Shown: in pieces, positions 1 to 10,203 of the stretch
Numbering within the stretch: the first letter of the stretch is position 1
Layout: each line of letters starts with the position of its first letter
NCBI GenBank assembly: GCA_046081565.1
Contig: JBJTWF010000148.1
Span: 1-62,353 of the forward strand
Reading direction: 5' to 3'
Length of the DNA: 62,353 nt
From: Flavobacteriales bacterium
Lineage (GTDB): Bacteria > Bacteroidota > Bacteroidia > Flavobacteriales_D > Crocinitomicaceae
Made by a program: the position numbers and the translations under genes
The notes under the pieces: model-generated
What the model was told of the DNA's origin: nothing
The model's database searches: none
What the model saw: the letters and a program-made list of their open reading frames with translations, nothing else

Positions 1-1
1 T

Positions 2-1159
2 GAAAAAATTGACATTGGAGGGGTCTCCCTTATTCGTGCAGCAGCTAAAAATCACCGTGATGTAGTCGTTTTATCATCAAAAAACCAATACCATGAGCTC
101 TTAACCATATTAAAAGAAAACGATGGAAAAACCCTATTAACGCATCGAAAAAAATGGGCCAAAGAGGCTTTTGTGACAACGGCGAGCTATGATATGGCTA
201 TCGGAGATTATTTCTCTGAAAACCCAAACCCGTTCCGATCGCTTTATTCCAACCCAAAAACACCCCTTCGCTACGGAGAAAACCCTCACCAATCCGGATG
301 GTATTCTGGCGATTTAGCGGAGTCCTTTGATGTGTTTGGTGATCGTGCGCTTTCTTACAATAACCTTATGGATGTAGATGCGGCCATGCGCTTCATGGAG
401 GAGTTCCGTTCTTTGCCAAACACGTTTGCAATATTTAAACACAATACCGCTTGTGGTGTTGCAACGACAGATCGCGTACTTGAAAGTTTTGAACTCGCAC
501 TTGCGTGCGATCCGATTAGTGCATTCGGGGGTGTTTTGATATGCAATGGAACCATTACCTATGAAACAGCTAAAAAAATTGATGCCCTTTTTTACGAAAT
601 ACTCATTGCCCCGGGGTATGAACCTGAATCCTTAGACTTGCTTACAAAGAAAAAGAACCGCATTATTCTTAAACAAAAGCCTTTTTCCTTTACATTATAT
701 AACGTAAAGACCTTATTAAACGGTTACCTAATTCAAGAAAACGATGGTTATTCCGTAACGGAATCGGATTTGAGTTATCCAACGAATAAAAAACCATCTT
801 CCGAAGAATGCGTGGACCTGCTTTATGCGAATCATATTGTTAAACACACCAAATCGAATGCGATTGTTTTGGTTAAAAACCGCCGGTTATTAGCCAGTGG
901 TACAGGACAAACTTCACGCGTTGACGCCCTAGAACAAGCCATTTCAAAGGCAAAAAAATTCGGGTTTTCTTTGGAGGGAGCCGTAATGGCAAGCGATGCC
1001 TTTTTTCCCTTTCCAGATTGCGTGGAAATAGCTCATAAAGAGGGCGTTACTGCAGTCATTCAACCAGGGGGGTCCGTTAAAGACAACCTGTCTATTGCTT
1101 ATTGCAATGAAAACGGAATAAAAATGGTTTTTACCGGCATTCGGCACTTTAAACATTAA
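2..1159 (+). CDS. purH: Bifunctional AICAR formyltransferase/IMP cyclohydrolase PurH, 5'-truncated by the window edge
   Basis: The frame is open from nt 2 (EKIDIGGVSLIRAAAKNHRDV...), so the GTG at 173 in the ORF track is internal. Contains RYGENPHQ and the C-terminal IQPGGSVKD...FTGIRHFKH signature typical of PurH. Confidence 0.95.
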   Translation, partial: EKIDIGGVSLIRAAAKNHRDVVVLSSKNQYHELLTILKENDGKTLLTHRKKWAKEAFVTTASYDMAIGDYFSENPNPFRSLYSNPKTPLRYGENPHQSGWYSGDLAESFDVFGDRALSYNNLMDVDAAMRFMEEFRSLPNTFAIFKHNTACGVATTDRVLESFELALACDPISAFGGVLICNGTITYETAKKIDALFYEILIAPGYEPESLDLLTKKKNRIILKQKPFSFTLYNVKTLLNGYLIQENDGYSVTESDLSYPTNKKPSSEECVDLLYANHIVKHTKSNAIVLVKNRRLLASGTGQTSRVDALEQAISKAKKFGFSLEGAVMASDAFFPFPDCVEIAHKEGVTAVIQPGGSVKDNLSIAYCNENGIKMVFTGIRHFKH

Positions 1160-1219
1160 TTTTTTTTTACGTGGTTTTTAGCTACCTTCGAAGCGGTATT
1201 AAATACGTTAAATTTTAAG

Positions 1220-2245
1220 ATGGGTTTATTTAGTTTTTTAACGCAAGAGATTGCCATTGATCTCGGCACAGCAAACACATTAATAATTTGGAATGACAAG
1301 GTGGTAGTAGATGAGCCCTCCATTGTTGCCAAAGATATTCAATCAGGTCAGGTCGTCGCCATTGGTAGAAAAGCACAACAGATGCATGGAAAAACGCATC
1401 GGCTCATTGAAACCGTTCGCCCGCTCAAAGATGGAGTAATCGCAGACTTTCAAAGTGCAGAACAGATGATTAGGGGAATGATTAAAATGATCAATCCTGG
1501 ACGAAATTTATTTCGACCTACGTTGAGAATGGTTATTTGTATTCCGTCTGGCATTACCGAAGTAGAAAAACGTGCCGTAAGGGATTCTGCTGAGCATGCC
1601 GGTGCAAAGGAGGTTTATTTAATTCACGAACCGATGGCTGCCGCTATTGGTATTGGTATTGACGTTGAAGAGCCCACCGGAAACATGATCATTGATATTG
1701 GTGGGGGAACTTCAGAAATTGCGGTAATTGCGCTGGGTGGTATTGTCTCCGACAAATCGATACGTGTGGCGGGGGATGATTTTACGAACGATATCGAAGA
1801 ATACATGCGTAGACAACACAATATTCTCGTTGGGGAACGTACCGCAGAACAAATAAAAATCGAGGTTGGGGCCGCTATTCCCGACTTAGATGATCCGCCG
1901 CCCGCCTACGCTGTAAGGGGGCGTGACTTGATGTCTGGAATACCAAAAGAAATGATAATTACACACGACGAAGTCGCTTTTGCGCTGGATAAAACCATCT
2001 CTAAAATTGAAGAAGCGATTCTTAGTGCGTTAGCGGCAACCCCTCCTGAATTAAGTGCCGACATTTACAAAACGGGAATATATCTTGCGGGTGGAGGATC
2101 CATGCTCAGAGGGCTTGATAAACGTATCTCTGATAAAACCAAGCTTCCTGTTCACATCGCTGAGAGCCCCTTGAGAGCGGTGGCCCTAGGAACAAGTATC
2201 GCGTTGAAAAATATTCATCAATACCAATTTCTTATCCGAGATTAA
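1220..2245 (+). CDS. mreB: Rod shape-determining actin homologue MreB
   Basis: Actin/Hsp70-fold phosphate motifs IAIDLGTANTLI, IIDIGGGTSEIAVI and LAGGGSMLRGLD. 341 aa. Followed by mreC and mreD. Confidence 0.97.
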   Translation: MGLFSFLTQEIAIDLGTANTLIIWNDKVVVDEPSIVAKDIQSGQVVAIGRKAQQMHGKTHRLIETVRPLKDGVIADFQSAEQMIRGMIKMINPGRNLFRPTLRMVICIPSGITEVEKRAVRDSAEHAGAKEVYLIHEPMAAAIGIGIDVEEPTGNMIIDIGGGTSEIAVIALGGIVSDKSIRVAGDDFTNDIEEYMRRQHNILVGERTAEQIKIEVGAAIPDLDDPPPAYAVRGRDLMSGIPKEMIITHDEVAFALDKTISKIEEAILSALAATPPELSADIYKTGIYLAGGGSMLRGLDKRISDKTKLPVHIAESPLRAVALGTSIALKNIHQYQFLIRD

Positions 2246-2290
2246 GGGTAATGCCGTCCTGTAGGTTAAAGGACTTTTGTATTTTTGTTT

Positions 2291-3133
2291 ATGCAAAACT
2301 TATTCTCGTTTCTCAAACGGTTTCAGGTGTTCTTGGTTTTTTTTCTGTTTCAGATTCTATGTTTTGCCCTTTACATTCAGTTTGTCAGTTATCCTAATAG
2401 TGTTTTTCTATCCACGGCGTCTTCCATTAATGGTAAGGTTACCTCATGGACAAACGCTGTAAAGGAACCCTTTAGCATTAAAGATAATAACGCTGTATTA
2501 AGGGCTGAAAACGCCACATTGCGCAAGCAGCTTTCTGGAAATATCTACCCTCTCGCTCGTACGACCACATACGTCAATGACACCATTAACCATTTGAAAT
2601 TCAATTACATTCCCACAGAGGTCGTAAACAACAATGTAACAAGAAGAAACAACTATTTCACCATTGATGTTGGGTCGATTCAACAAATTACTCCAGGGAT
2701 GGCCGTAATTACTCCCCGGGGCGTACTTGGGGTTGTTTTTAAAGTCGGCAAACGCTTTTCACTGGTTAAAACAGTCCTCACCCAAGACATAAATTTAGAT
2801 GTAATGATTGAAAAAACCGGAGCAAAAGGCATTCTTAAATGGCATGGGAGTGACCCCTTGCGGGCAACAGTGACCGGGGTTCCAGATGATTTAAAAATTC
2901 CTATTGGCAGTAAAGTGTCTACCCTAGATGTTTCAGGGATGTTTCCCAAAGGGATCCCAGTAGGTACAGTGGAGAAAATTGCAAAAATGGAAAACCAGCC
3001 CTTGTGGAATATAACCATTCGGTTTTCAGAGGATTATCGAACGCTACACGGAGCTTATTTGGTTAAATCATTTATAAAAAATGAACTAAAAGAAATCCAA
3101 TCTGAAATCCCTAAAGAACCTACCACCCCATGA
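2291..3133 (+). CDS. mreC: Rod shape-determining protein MreC
   Basis: Single N-terminal TM segment, a short coiled-coil (LRAENATLRKQL) and a beta-rich periplasmic domain. Sits between mreB and mreD. The ATG at 2291 is preferred over the TTG at 2285. Confidence 0.85.
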   Translation: MQNLFSFLKRFQVFLVFFLFQILCFALYIQFVSYPNSVFLSTASSINGKVTSWTNAVKEPFSIKDNNAVLRAENATLRKQLSGNIYPLARTTTYVNDTINHLKFNYIPTEVVNNNVTRRNNYFTIDVGSIQQITPGMAVITPRGVLGVVFKVGKRFSLVKTVLTQDINLDVMIEKTGAKGILKWHGSDPLRATVTGVPDDLKIPIGSKVSTLDVSGMFPKGIPVGTVEKIAKMENQPLWNITIRFSEDYRTLHGAYLVKSFIKNELKEIQSEIPKEPTTP

Positions 3134-3645
3134 GATCATTAATGGCACATCTCGGTTTAGGATTGATAATTTTTCTATTACAGGCCTTTCTTTTTAATCA
3201 AGTCTCTATGGGTTGGGGGGCGCAGGTATTTGCCCTTCCCTTATTAATCATGATGCTTCCGTTTACCCTGTCTGTTTTTTGGCTCATGCTCATCGGTTTT
3301 GTTTTGGGTATCCTCATCGATTCTTTTTCAAACACCTACGGACTTCATGCATCCACATTGGTTTTGGTTGCCTATCTCAGGCCCTTGTTTTTTGCGATTT
3401 TTTGTCCAAGAGAAGGGTACGATCCGTTAAAATCACCAAACATTCAAGACATGGGCTTTACTTGGTATTTTATTATCTATACCTTCCTTTTATTGATCTC
3501 CTTAGTTTGGTTTTATGGGCTAGAAATTTTCCGGTTCTCAGAAACATTGTTGATGCTCAGGAATATTGCCACATCCTTTGTAATCAGCCTATGCATGGCG
3601 GTCCTTTTTCAGCTTTCTTTATACAAATTAAGGGCTAGAAAATGA
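3130..3645 (+). CDS. mreD: Rod shape-determining protein MreD (small polytopic membrane protein)
   Basis: 171 aa and almost entirely hydrophobic helices. ATGA start/stop overlap with mreC and an ATGA overlap with the downstream PBP2 gene. Confidence 0.8.
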   Translation: MRSLMAHLGLGLIIFLLQAFLFNQVSMGWGAQVFALPLLIMMLPFTLSVFWLMLIGFVLGILIDSFSNTYGLHASTLVLVAYLRPLFFAIFCPREGYDPLKSPNIQDMGFTWYFIIYTFLLLISLVWFYGLEIFRFSETLLMLRNIATSFVISLCMAVLFQLSLYKLRARK

Positions 3646-5507
3646 ATTTGGAAGGCCGAAGATATTTGATTTATTTGCTCGTGGCGTTTACAGGGGTTTT
3701 TTATCTCTTTAGGCTTTTTTATATGCAAATTTTAGATGGTAGTTGGGCCGCTCGTGCATCCGAAATTTCCGAACGTAAACGAGAGGTAATTCCACCAAGA
3801 GGAGTGGTGTTGGACCGAAACGGAAAACAAATTATTTCCAATAAAACTTCCTACAACATTATGATGATTGAAAGTAAAATCACCAAACTTGACACCCTGG
3901 CTTTTGCTGCCCTTATTGGGTGGGATAAACAAAAAGTAGTTGATCGGTTTAAAGAAATAAGGATAAAAGAGGGTTTTTATAAAAACAGCGCAACTGGAAA
4001 AACCACCTCCAACTACCGAAAGGATAGGCCCTACCCTTTTGTAAAAGAAATAAGCCATGATGAAATGCTTAGAATAGCCCCAAAACTATCTGCGTTCCCG
4101 GGGTTCTACGAAGAGCCAACCCACACGCGATTTTATCCCTATCCAAACGCCGCAAATATATTTGGATACTTAAATGAAGTAATCAAAGAAGAGGTAGAAA
4201 AAGATGGTTTTTATCGGCCGGGAATGAACATAGGGCGGGCAGGTATCGAGCGTTCCTATGAAAACATTTTTAGGGGAAAAAAGGGGGTGCGTTATGTCGT
4301 TACAAATGCAAGTAACAACGATGTGGCAACCTCATCGAAGAACAGCTTTGACACCTTAGCGATTCCTTCCCCAACCATCCAATTGGGGCTAGATATAGAT
4401 CTTCAGGCATACGGCGAACGCTTAATGAGCAATAAAAGAGGCTGTATTGTTGCAATAGAACCTTCTACCGGAGAGATCCTGGCGATGGTTTCCGCACCAT
4501 CTTATGACCCCAACTTGCTTTCTGGAAGAAAAAACATCAAAGAAAATTACCCAAAACTCCTTGCCGATTCTGCACTTCCGTTGTTCGCTCGCCCCTTACA
4601 AGCAGAATATCCACCAGGTTCAATATTTAAATTGGTACAAGCGCTCATTTGCTTGCAAGAAAACAAAATTGCTCCTAATACGTCATTTCCATGCAATAAA
4701 AGCCTCGTGGGTTGCCATGGACATCCAACCGCAGGAAGTGTGATGGACGCCATTAAATACTCATGTAATCCTTACTTTTATGCTGCGGTTAAGCGCGTCA
4801 TTGAGCCGGGAAAAAACGCCAACATAAACCAAGACGCTGTAATTGGTATAGAGAATTGGCATGCTTATATGACTAGTTTTGGGCTCGGGGTTAAACCTAA
4901 AGTCGACATTGATGCTCTAGCCCAACGTAGCGGATTAATACCCAACGCCGCCTATTACAATAAATTCTTGGGAAAAGGAAATTGGTCCTTTTCTACCATT
5001 CGATCTATTTCAATCGGTCAAGGTGAGATCAAAATGACGCCAATGCAAATGGCTAATATTGCCGCTATAATTGCAAATAGGGGCTGGTACTATATCCCTC
5101 ATTTTGTTAAAAAAATTGGGGCCGGAGGACCTCTGGAAGCATACAAAACCAAGCATTATACAAAAGTTGATGCGCGACATTTTGAACCTATTATTGATGG
5201 CATGTGGCGAGTAGTTCACCAAGCGGGTGGAACAGGAAAGGAAGCTCAATTGAAGGACATTGTTGTTTGCGGAAAAACCGGCACAGTACAAAATGGTCCT
5301 AACCGAGAAAACCATTCCGTTTTTGTAGCCTTTGCTCCCCGGGAAAACCCAAAAATTGCATTAGCTGTGTTTGTAGAAAATGCCGGGGCTGGCGGTTCAT
5401 ATGCCGCCCCCATTGCGGGTTTGATGATTGAAAAATACCTAAAGAAAACGGTAGCGAATGAGGCTAAAGAGAATAAAATTATTAATACAAAAATCCTAAA
5501 ACAGTAA
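3642..5507 (+). CDS. mrdA: Penicillin-binding protein 2 (elongasome class B transpeptidase)
   Basis: N-terminal TM anchor. Transpeptidase motifs SxxK (PGSIFK), SxN (YSCN) and KTG (CGKTGT). Located between mreD and rodA. Confidence 0.93.
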   Translation: MNLEGRRYLIYLLVAFTGVFYLFRLFYMQILDGSWAARASEISERKREVIPPRGVVLDRNGKQIISNKTSYNIMMIESKITKLDTLAFAALIGWDKQKVVDRFKEIRIKEGFYKNSATGKTTSNYRKDRPYPFVKEISHDEMLRIAPKLSAFPGFYEEPTHTRFYPYPNAANIFGYLNEVIKEEVEKDGFYRPGMNIGRAGIERSYENIFRGKKGVRYVVTNASNNDVATSSKNSFDTLAIPSPTIQLGLDIDLQAYGERLMSNKRGCIVAIEPSTGEILAMVSAPSYDPNLLSGRKNIKENYPKLLADSALPLFARPLQAEYPPGSIFKLVQALICLQENKIAPNTSFPCNKSLVGCHGHPTAGSVMDAIKYSCNPYFYAAVKRVIEPGKNANINQDAVIGIENWHAYMTSFGLGVKPKVDIDALAQRSGLIPNAAYYNKFLGKGNWSFSTIRSISIGQGEIKMTPMQMANIAAIIANRGWYYIPHFVKKIGAGGPLEAYKTKHYTKVDARHFEPIIDGMWRVVHQAGGTGKEAQLKDIVVCGKTGTVQNGPNRENHSVFVAFAPRENPKIALAVFVENAGAGGSYAAPIAGLMIEKYLKKTVANEAKENKIINTKILKQ

Positions 5508-5519
5508 TCGCCTTTAGGC

Positions 5520-6911
5520 ATGAGAAAAAACGAACAAATTTTCTTTCGTATTGATTGGCCGTTACTTTTCGGGGTATTGCTCCTAATGTTACTCGGAATC
5601 TTAACCGTCTATTCGGTTGCCTATACCCCAAAAGCGCCTTCGCTTTTTGATTTTAGTCAAAAATATGGGAAACAATTATTCTGGGTTTCCATTTCGCTTT
5701 TTTTTGGTTTTATGATCCTCCTCATTGATTCTTCCATTTATCGTAAATATGCGGAAATAATCTATTTATCAACGTTAAGCCTACTCGTTTTAGTTCTTTT
5801 TATGCCGCCCGTAAATGGCGCTCGAGCTTGGTTGGGAATCGGAAGCTTGGGAGTTCAGCCGGCAGAATTTGCCAAGGTGTCAACGGCCCTTTTACTTGCC
5901 AAATGGGTTGACATGACCAACTTAAAACTACAGGGAACTAGAACGGTTTTTGAATACCTAGGAATCATATTTATCCCTTCTTTCTTCATTGCCATGCAGC
6001 CGGATGCGGGTACCTTGTTGGTTTTTACCTCTTTTTTCTTTGTAATGTATCGAGAGGGGATCACCTTCGACCCTGTAATTCTTTCGGTACTAAAGCTTTT
6101 TCCTAATTTAAAGTTTAAAAGCACGTGGTTAGGAACACATTTTATTCCCTTTCTGTTCTTTCTCTTAGTTATCAGTGTAATTAGTCTTTATTTAAGCAAT
6201 GCCTATGTAAACGTTTTTGGCGTTTTACTTTCGGGAACCACCACCCTTTCACTGATCGTCAGCCTACTAGCGTTGCTGATCTTAGGGTTTGTTTTCTTGC
6301 TAGGCTATAAACGACAGCGCAATAAACATTTGATAATCCTTATCGGAAGCTACCTTTTCACCTTACTAGTAATCCTTTCGATTACATTTGTTTTTAATCA
6401 TGTCGCCAAACCACACCAAAAAAACCGCATTGAACTTGTGCTTGGGTTAAAAGAAGACCCCAATGGTACCGATTATAACAGAAACCGTGCGATGGCGGCC
6501 GTTGGCTCAGGGGGCGGCGTAGGTAAAGGGTATAAAAACGCTTCTATTTCGAGCGTACGCACCAACCATGTTCCTGAAAGCGAAACGGACTTTATTTTTT
6601 GCCCCTTCGCTGAAGAATGGGGCTTTCTTGGGGCCTTGGTTTTGGTTGCAACCTATATGTTTGTTTTGTTCCGCATTTTTATAATTGCCGAGAGGCAAAG
6701 GGGGCCCTTTTTTAGAGCCTATGCTTATGCCGTAGGCGTAATCCTATTCTATCATTTTGCCATTAATATCGGCATGAACATTGGCTTGTCTCCCGTTATT
6801 GGGATTCCTTTGCCCTTTATGAGTTATGGCGGCTCCTCCATGATGGCCTTTTCCATTATGGTATTCATTTTACTGAAACTTGATAGCCAACGCTATGATT
6901 TCTTACGATAA
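5520..6911 (+). CDS. rodA: SEDS-family peptidoglycan glycosyltransferase RodA
   Basis: FtsW/RodA/SpoVE signatures ESETDFIFCPFAEEWGFLG and PLPFMSYGGSSM. Polytopic. Immediately downstream of mrdA. Confidence 0.9.
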   Translation: MRKNEQIFFRIDWPLLFGVLLLMLLGILTVYSVAYTPKAPSLFDFSQKYGKQLFWVSISLFFGFMILLIDSSIYRKYAEIIYLSTLSLLVLVLFMPPVNGARAWLGIGSLGVQPAEFAKVSTALLLAKWVDMTNLKLQGTRTVFEYLGIIFIPSFFIAMQPDAGTLLVFTSFFFVMYREGITFDPVILSVLKLFPNLKFKSTWLGTHFIPFLFFLLVISVISLYLSNAYVNVFGVLLSGTTTLSLIVSLLALLILGFVFLLGYKRQRNKHLIILIGSYLFTLLVILSITFVFNHVAKPHQKNRIELVLGLKEDPNGTDYNRNRAMAAVGSGGGVGKGYKNASISSVRTNHVPESETDFIFCPFAEEWGFLGALVLVATYMFVLFRIFIIAERQRGPFFRAYAYAVGVILFYHFAINIGMNIGLSPVIGIPLPFMSYGGSSMMAFSIMVFILLKLDSQRYDFLR

Positions 6912-6939
6912 TTTTTATTTTTGATAACTTTATATTCAA

Positions 6940-9501
6940 ATGCGCATTACTGAAAAAGACAAAAGAAAATACACCTTAATCCTTTGGTTTACGACGCTCA
7001 TTCCTTTTCTTGCCTTACTGGGCTTGTTTTTATCTCAAACAGAAGACGAATTACCTCCCGTGTCCATGTTGGATAATCCCCCCGAAATGCAGGCCTCCTT
7101 GGTTTTCAGCAGTACGGGTGATACCCTAGGACGCTTTTGGAGTGTTAACCGTACTAGTGTAACTTACAAAGACGTATCTCCCTATGTTTTTGATGCTTTA
7201 ATCGCAACGGAAGACGAGCGGTTTTTAGAACATGCCGGCATCGACTTCAGAGCAACACTAAGGGCTTTTACGTCGTTCGGAAAATCGGGTGGGGGCTCTA
7301 CCATTACGCAACAATTGGCTAAAAATTTATTTACCATCCAACAGCGAAAATTACAAAAAGAAAAACAGCTTCCCGGAATTCAGGAAATTACGAAAGAAAA
7401 CGGTTGGCTTTGGAAAAACATTAACCGAAGCGATGAAAAGTCTAGAGAAATCATCATTGCCGCACGATTAGAAAAGCGCTTTACCAAACAAGAAATTTTA
7501 ATCATGTACTTAAATACCATCGAATTCAACAACAATGCGGTGGGAATTGAGAGTGCGTCGAAAGTGTACTTTGGAAAAAACCCCATCGCACTATCCAAGG
7601 AAGAGGCCGCCGTTCTCGTGGGAATGTGTAAAAGCCCAAGCCTTTACAATCCTTACGATTATAAAAAGAAAAATTATAGTAAAATTATTGCCAAGGCTAA
7701 AAAGATAAACGAGAATGATGTAACACGGTCCGATGTGGCAAACGCAAGATCCAAGGACTCCATTCGTGCCATAACCCGAAGAAATCAAGTGCTTTTCCAA
7801 TGGCTAAAGAACAGTGAGGCAAACAACCCTGCCCTTCGTTACAAACTTTCCCGTAGTGAATATGATCGCCTAATTCAACAACCTATCATTACAAAGTTCA
7901 AAGTCTTCGACCATAAAGAAAACATTGCGCCCTATTTTGTAGAAGCCCTTCGTGCCGAAGCACATGATATCTTGCATGAAAAAAATAAAGACGGTTCTTA
8001 TAAAATAGTTCGAGAAGATGGAGAACCTTATGATATTTATAGCGATGGATTAAAAATATACACAACGCTAGATATCCGATTGCAAAAATATGCGGAACAA
8101 GCCGTAGAAAAGCATTTAAGCCAAACCCTACAGCCCGCATTTAATCGGAACAACCAACAGCTTAAAAACTATCCATTTACCAACAGTACCTCAACAGAAA
8201 CGGTTAATTATATTATGAATATGGCCAGAAAAAACTCGAAAAGATATCAAATCTTGGCCGAGGTTGGATTGTCCCAGAATGAAATCATAAAAACCTTTGA
8301 CGTACCCACCAATATGCGTGTTTTTTCTTGGAGCGGGGAAAAAGATACCGTCATGACTCCAAACGATTCCATTCGTTACTACAAAGCGTTCTTACATGCT
8401 GGACTAGTGAGCATTGAGCCTCAAACCGGCTTTGTTCGCGCGTGGGTGGGAGGAGCTAATTTTAAACATTTTTCCTATGATCATGTCAGACAGGGGGCTC
8501 GGCAGGTTGGATCAACAATTAAACCGTTTGTTTATGCTGCCGCATTGGCAATGCATGTCGTTACGCCTTGCACTGTGTTTAGTGGTGGAGAATACGGGGT
8601 AAAAATAGAAAACAAAGAACATAAGGTTGTCGGCCGATGGCGGCCAAAAGGTGGCGCTTCGGGTAGCTTTAAAATGGGGCTTGCCAATTCTTCCAACCCG
8701 ACAACCGCTGCCGTAATGGGGAGAATGGGTGCGTACAACCCCCACGACAAAACAGGAGGTCCTTTCCAAATAAACAATTTACTTAAATCCACCGAGATTT
8801 TCTTGCCTATGGATCGCGTTGTCCCATCCATATGCCTTGGCTCTATCGAACTTCCAATTATAAAAATGACGGCGGCACAATGCATCTTTGCCAACAATGG
8901 TGTTTACACGCGTCCGACTACCATCGAACGGATTGAAGACCGAAACGGAAAGGTTATTTATGCCGCGTTTCCTGTACAAAACCAAGCCCTAAACTCTACG
9001 GTTGCATATGAAATTTTGAAGATCATGAAGCTTGTGGTTACAAGAGGTACCGGTAAAGGGTTAGTCGGCGGGAAATATGGTAAAATCCCTCCTACTGCAG
9101 GAAAAACAGGTACGACACAAAAGAATGCCGACGGATGGTTTATCGGCGTTCGTCCAGACCTTGTAACCGGTGTTTGGGTTGGTGCTGAGGACCCCTCTGT
9201 ACGCTTTCTTTCCACAGGAGAAGGACAAGGTAGTAGGGTGGCCCTTCCAATATACGGATACTACATGCAAAAAGCCTATAAAGATCCTGTATTAGCGCTT
9301 TCTATTGAAGACTTTGAAGAACCCTCCGACTACGACGAAGAAAGTTATAGTTGTGACGATGGTCCTCCTCCTCCCGATGGCACAAGTGGAGACAGTGGAG
9401 GGGGTAGAGGAGGGGGTAGAGGAGGGGGTGGACGATCAAACGATGAAGAAAACGATGTCGGCATTCAGGCAGAAGAATTTTGGGAAGAAGGGGGGCTATA
9501 A
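6940..9501 (+). CDS. mrcA: Class A penicillin-binding protein (PBP1A-type bifunctional glycosyltransferase/transpeptidase) with a Gly/Arg-rich C-terminal tail
   Basis: GT51 motifs ATEDERFLEHAGID and GGSTITQQLAKN. Transpeptidase motifs STIKP and KTGTT. Low-complexity tail ...GGGRGGGRGGGGRSNDEEND... Confidence 0.92.
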   Translation: MRITEKDKRKYTLILWFTTLIPFLALLGLFLSQTEDELPPVSMLDNPPEMQASLVFSSTGDTLGRFWSVNRTSVTYKDVSPYVFDALIATEDERFLEHAGIDFRATLRAFTSFGKSGGGSTITQQLAKNLFTIQQRKLQKEKQLPGIQEITKENGWLWKNINRSDEKSREIIIAARLEKRFTKQEILIMYLNTIEFNNNAVGIESASKVYFGKNPIALSKEEAAVLVGMCKSPSLYNPYDYKKKNYSKIIAKAKKINENDVTRSDVANARSKDSIRAITRRNQVLFQWLKNSEANNPALRYKLSRSEYDRLIQQPIITKFKVFDHKENIAPYFVEALRAEAHDILHEKNKDGSYKIVREDGEPYDIYSDGLKIYTTLDIRLQKYAEQAVEKHLSQTLQPAFNRNNQQLKNYPFTNSTSTETVNYIMNMARKNSKRYQILAEVGLSQNEIIKTFDVPTNMRVFSWSGEKDTVMTPNDSIRYYKAFLHAGLVSIEPQTGFVRAWVGGANFKHFSYDHVRQGARQVGSTIKPFVYAAALAMHVVTPCTVFSGGEYGVKIENKEHKVVGRWRPKGGASGSFKMGLANSSNPTTAAVMGRMGAYNPHDKTGGPFQINNLLKSTEIFLPMDRVVPSICLGSIELPIIKMTAAQCIFANNGVYTRPTTIERIEDRNGKVIYAAFPVQNQALNSTVAYEILKIMKLVVTRGTGKGLVGGKYGKIPPTAGKTGTTQKNADGWFIGVRPDLVTGVWVGAEDPSVRFLSTGEGQGSRVALPIYGYYMQKAYKDPVLALSIEDFEEPSDYDEESYSCDDGPPPPDGTSGDSGGGRGGGRGGGGRSNDEENDVGIQAEEFWEEGGL
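9397..9432 (+). repeat. Three tandem copies of a 12-nt unit (GGAGGGGGTAGA, GGAGGGGGTAGA, GGAGGGGGTGGA) inside the PBP1A tail
   Basis: Read directly from the sequence. In frame it encodes GGGR-GGGR-GGGG. Confidence 0.9.
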
Positions 9502-9503
9502 CA

Positions 9504-10202
9504 ATGAATAAAGTTAAAAACAATGTGGCTGAGGCCTTAGCGGGTATTGAAGACAACATGACTTTAATGCTTGGCGGATTTGGTTTGTGCGGAATTCCCG
9601 AAAATGCCATTAAACATTTGGTGTTGCTTGGAGTACGAAACCTAACCTGTATTTCTAATAACGCAGGCGTGGATGACTATGGCTTAGGACTATTATTGCA
9701 AAACCGGCAAATAAAGAAAATGATCAGCTCATATGTAGGGGAAAACGATGAGTTTGAACGCCAAATGTTATCCGGTGAATTAGAGGTGGACCTTATCCCT
9801 CAAGGTTCTTTAGCAGAAAGGTGTCGTGCCGGAGGGGCAGGAATTCCGGCATTCTTTACTCCCGCAGGCTATGGAACGGAAATCGCACAGGGAAAAGAAA
9901 CCAAAACGTTTGATGGAAAACCTCATATTTTAGAAACAGCCCTCACCGCAGACTATTCCATCGTTAAGGCCTGGAAGGCAGATACAGAAGGAAACCTTAT
10001 TTACAAAGCAACCGCTATGAATTTTAATCCAGTGATGGCCATGGCGGGAAAAATCACCATCGCGGAGGTTGAAGAAATTGTTCCTGCAGGGGCCTTGGAC
10101 CCCTCCTTTATCCACACGCCAGGCATCTTTGTTCAGCGCGTTTTTCAGGGGGCGGTCTTCGAAAAGAGAATTGAACAACGCACCACCAGGAAAAAGGCAT
10201 AA
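9504..10202 (+). CDS. scoA: 3-oxoacid (succinyl-CoA:acetoacetate-type) CoA-transferase subunit A
   Basis: Family I CoA-transferase A-subunit pattern MLGGFGLCGIPENAI. The ATG at 9504 (MNKVKNNV...) is preferred over the TTG at 9480, which overlaps the PBP1A stop. Confidence 0.9.
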   Translation: MNKVKNNVAEALAGIEDNMTLMLGGFGLCGIPENAIKHLVLLGVRNLTCISNNAGVDDYGLGLLLQNRQIKKMISSYVGENDEFERQMLSGELEVDLIPQGSLAERCRAGGAGIPAFFTPAGYGTEIAQGKETKTFDGKPHILETALTADYSIVKAWKADTEGNLIYKATAMNFNPVMAMAGKITIAEVEEIVPAGALDPSFIHTPGIFVQRVFQGAVFEKRIEQRTTRKKA

Positions 10203-10203
10203 C

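Noticed and set aside
9397-9432. G-rich repeat considered as a G-quadruplex-forming element.
   Set aside because: Only three G5 tracts are present in the repeat, and a canonical four-tract G3+ motif is not met. In-frame coding of GGGR repeats explains the sequence.
1220-9501. The mreB-mreC-mreD-mrdA-rodA-PBP1A block, considered as a special system.
   Set aside because: This is a standard elongasome gene cluster with all expected motifs. It is an ordinary core region.
10069-10203. N-terminal extensions suggested by the ORF track. Examples are scoB from 10069, scoA from 9480, truB from 61206, rpiB from 51998, the TPR gene from 34735, and the third SSB-like gene from 14933.
   Set aside because: The extensions start at alternative codons, overlap the preceding gene out of frame or encode implausible peptides. 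Each contains an internal ATG that restores a family-typical N-terminus or signal peptide, and I verified these ATG positions in the sequence.
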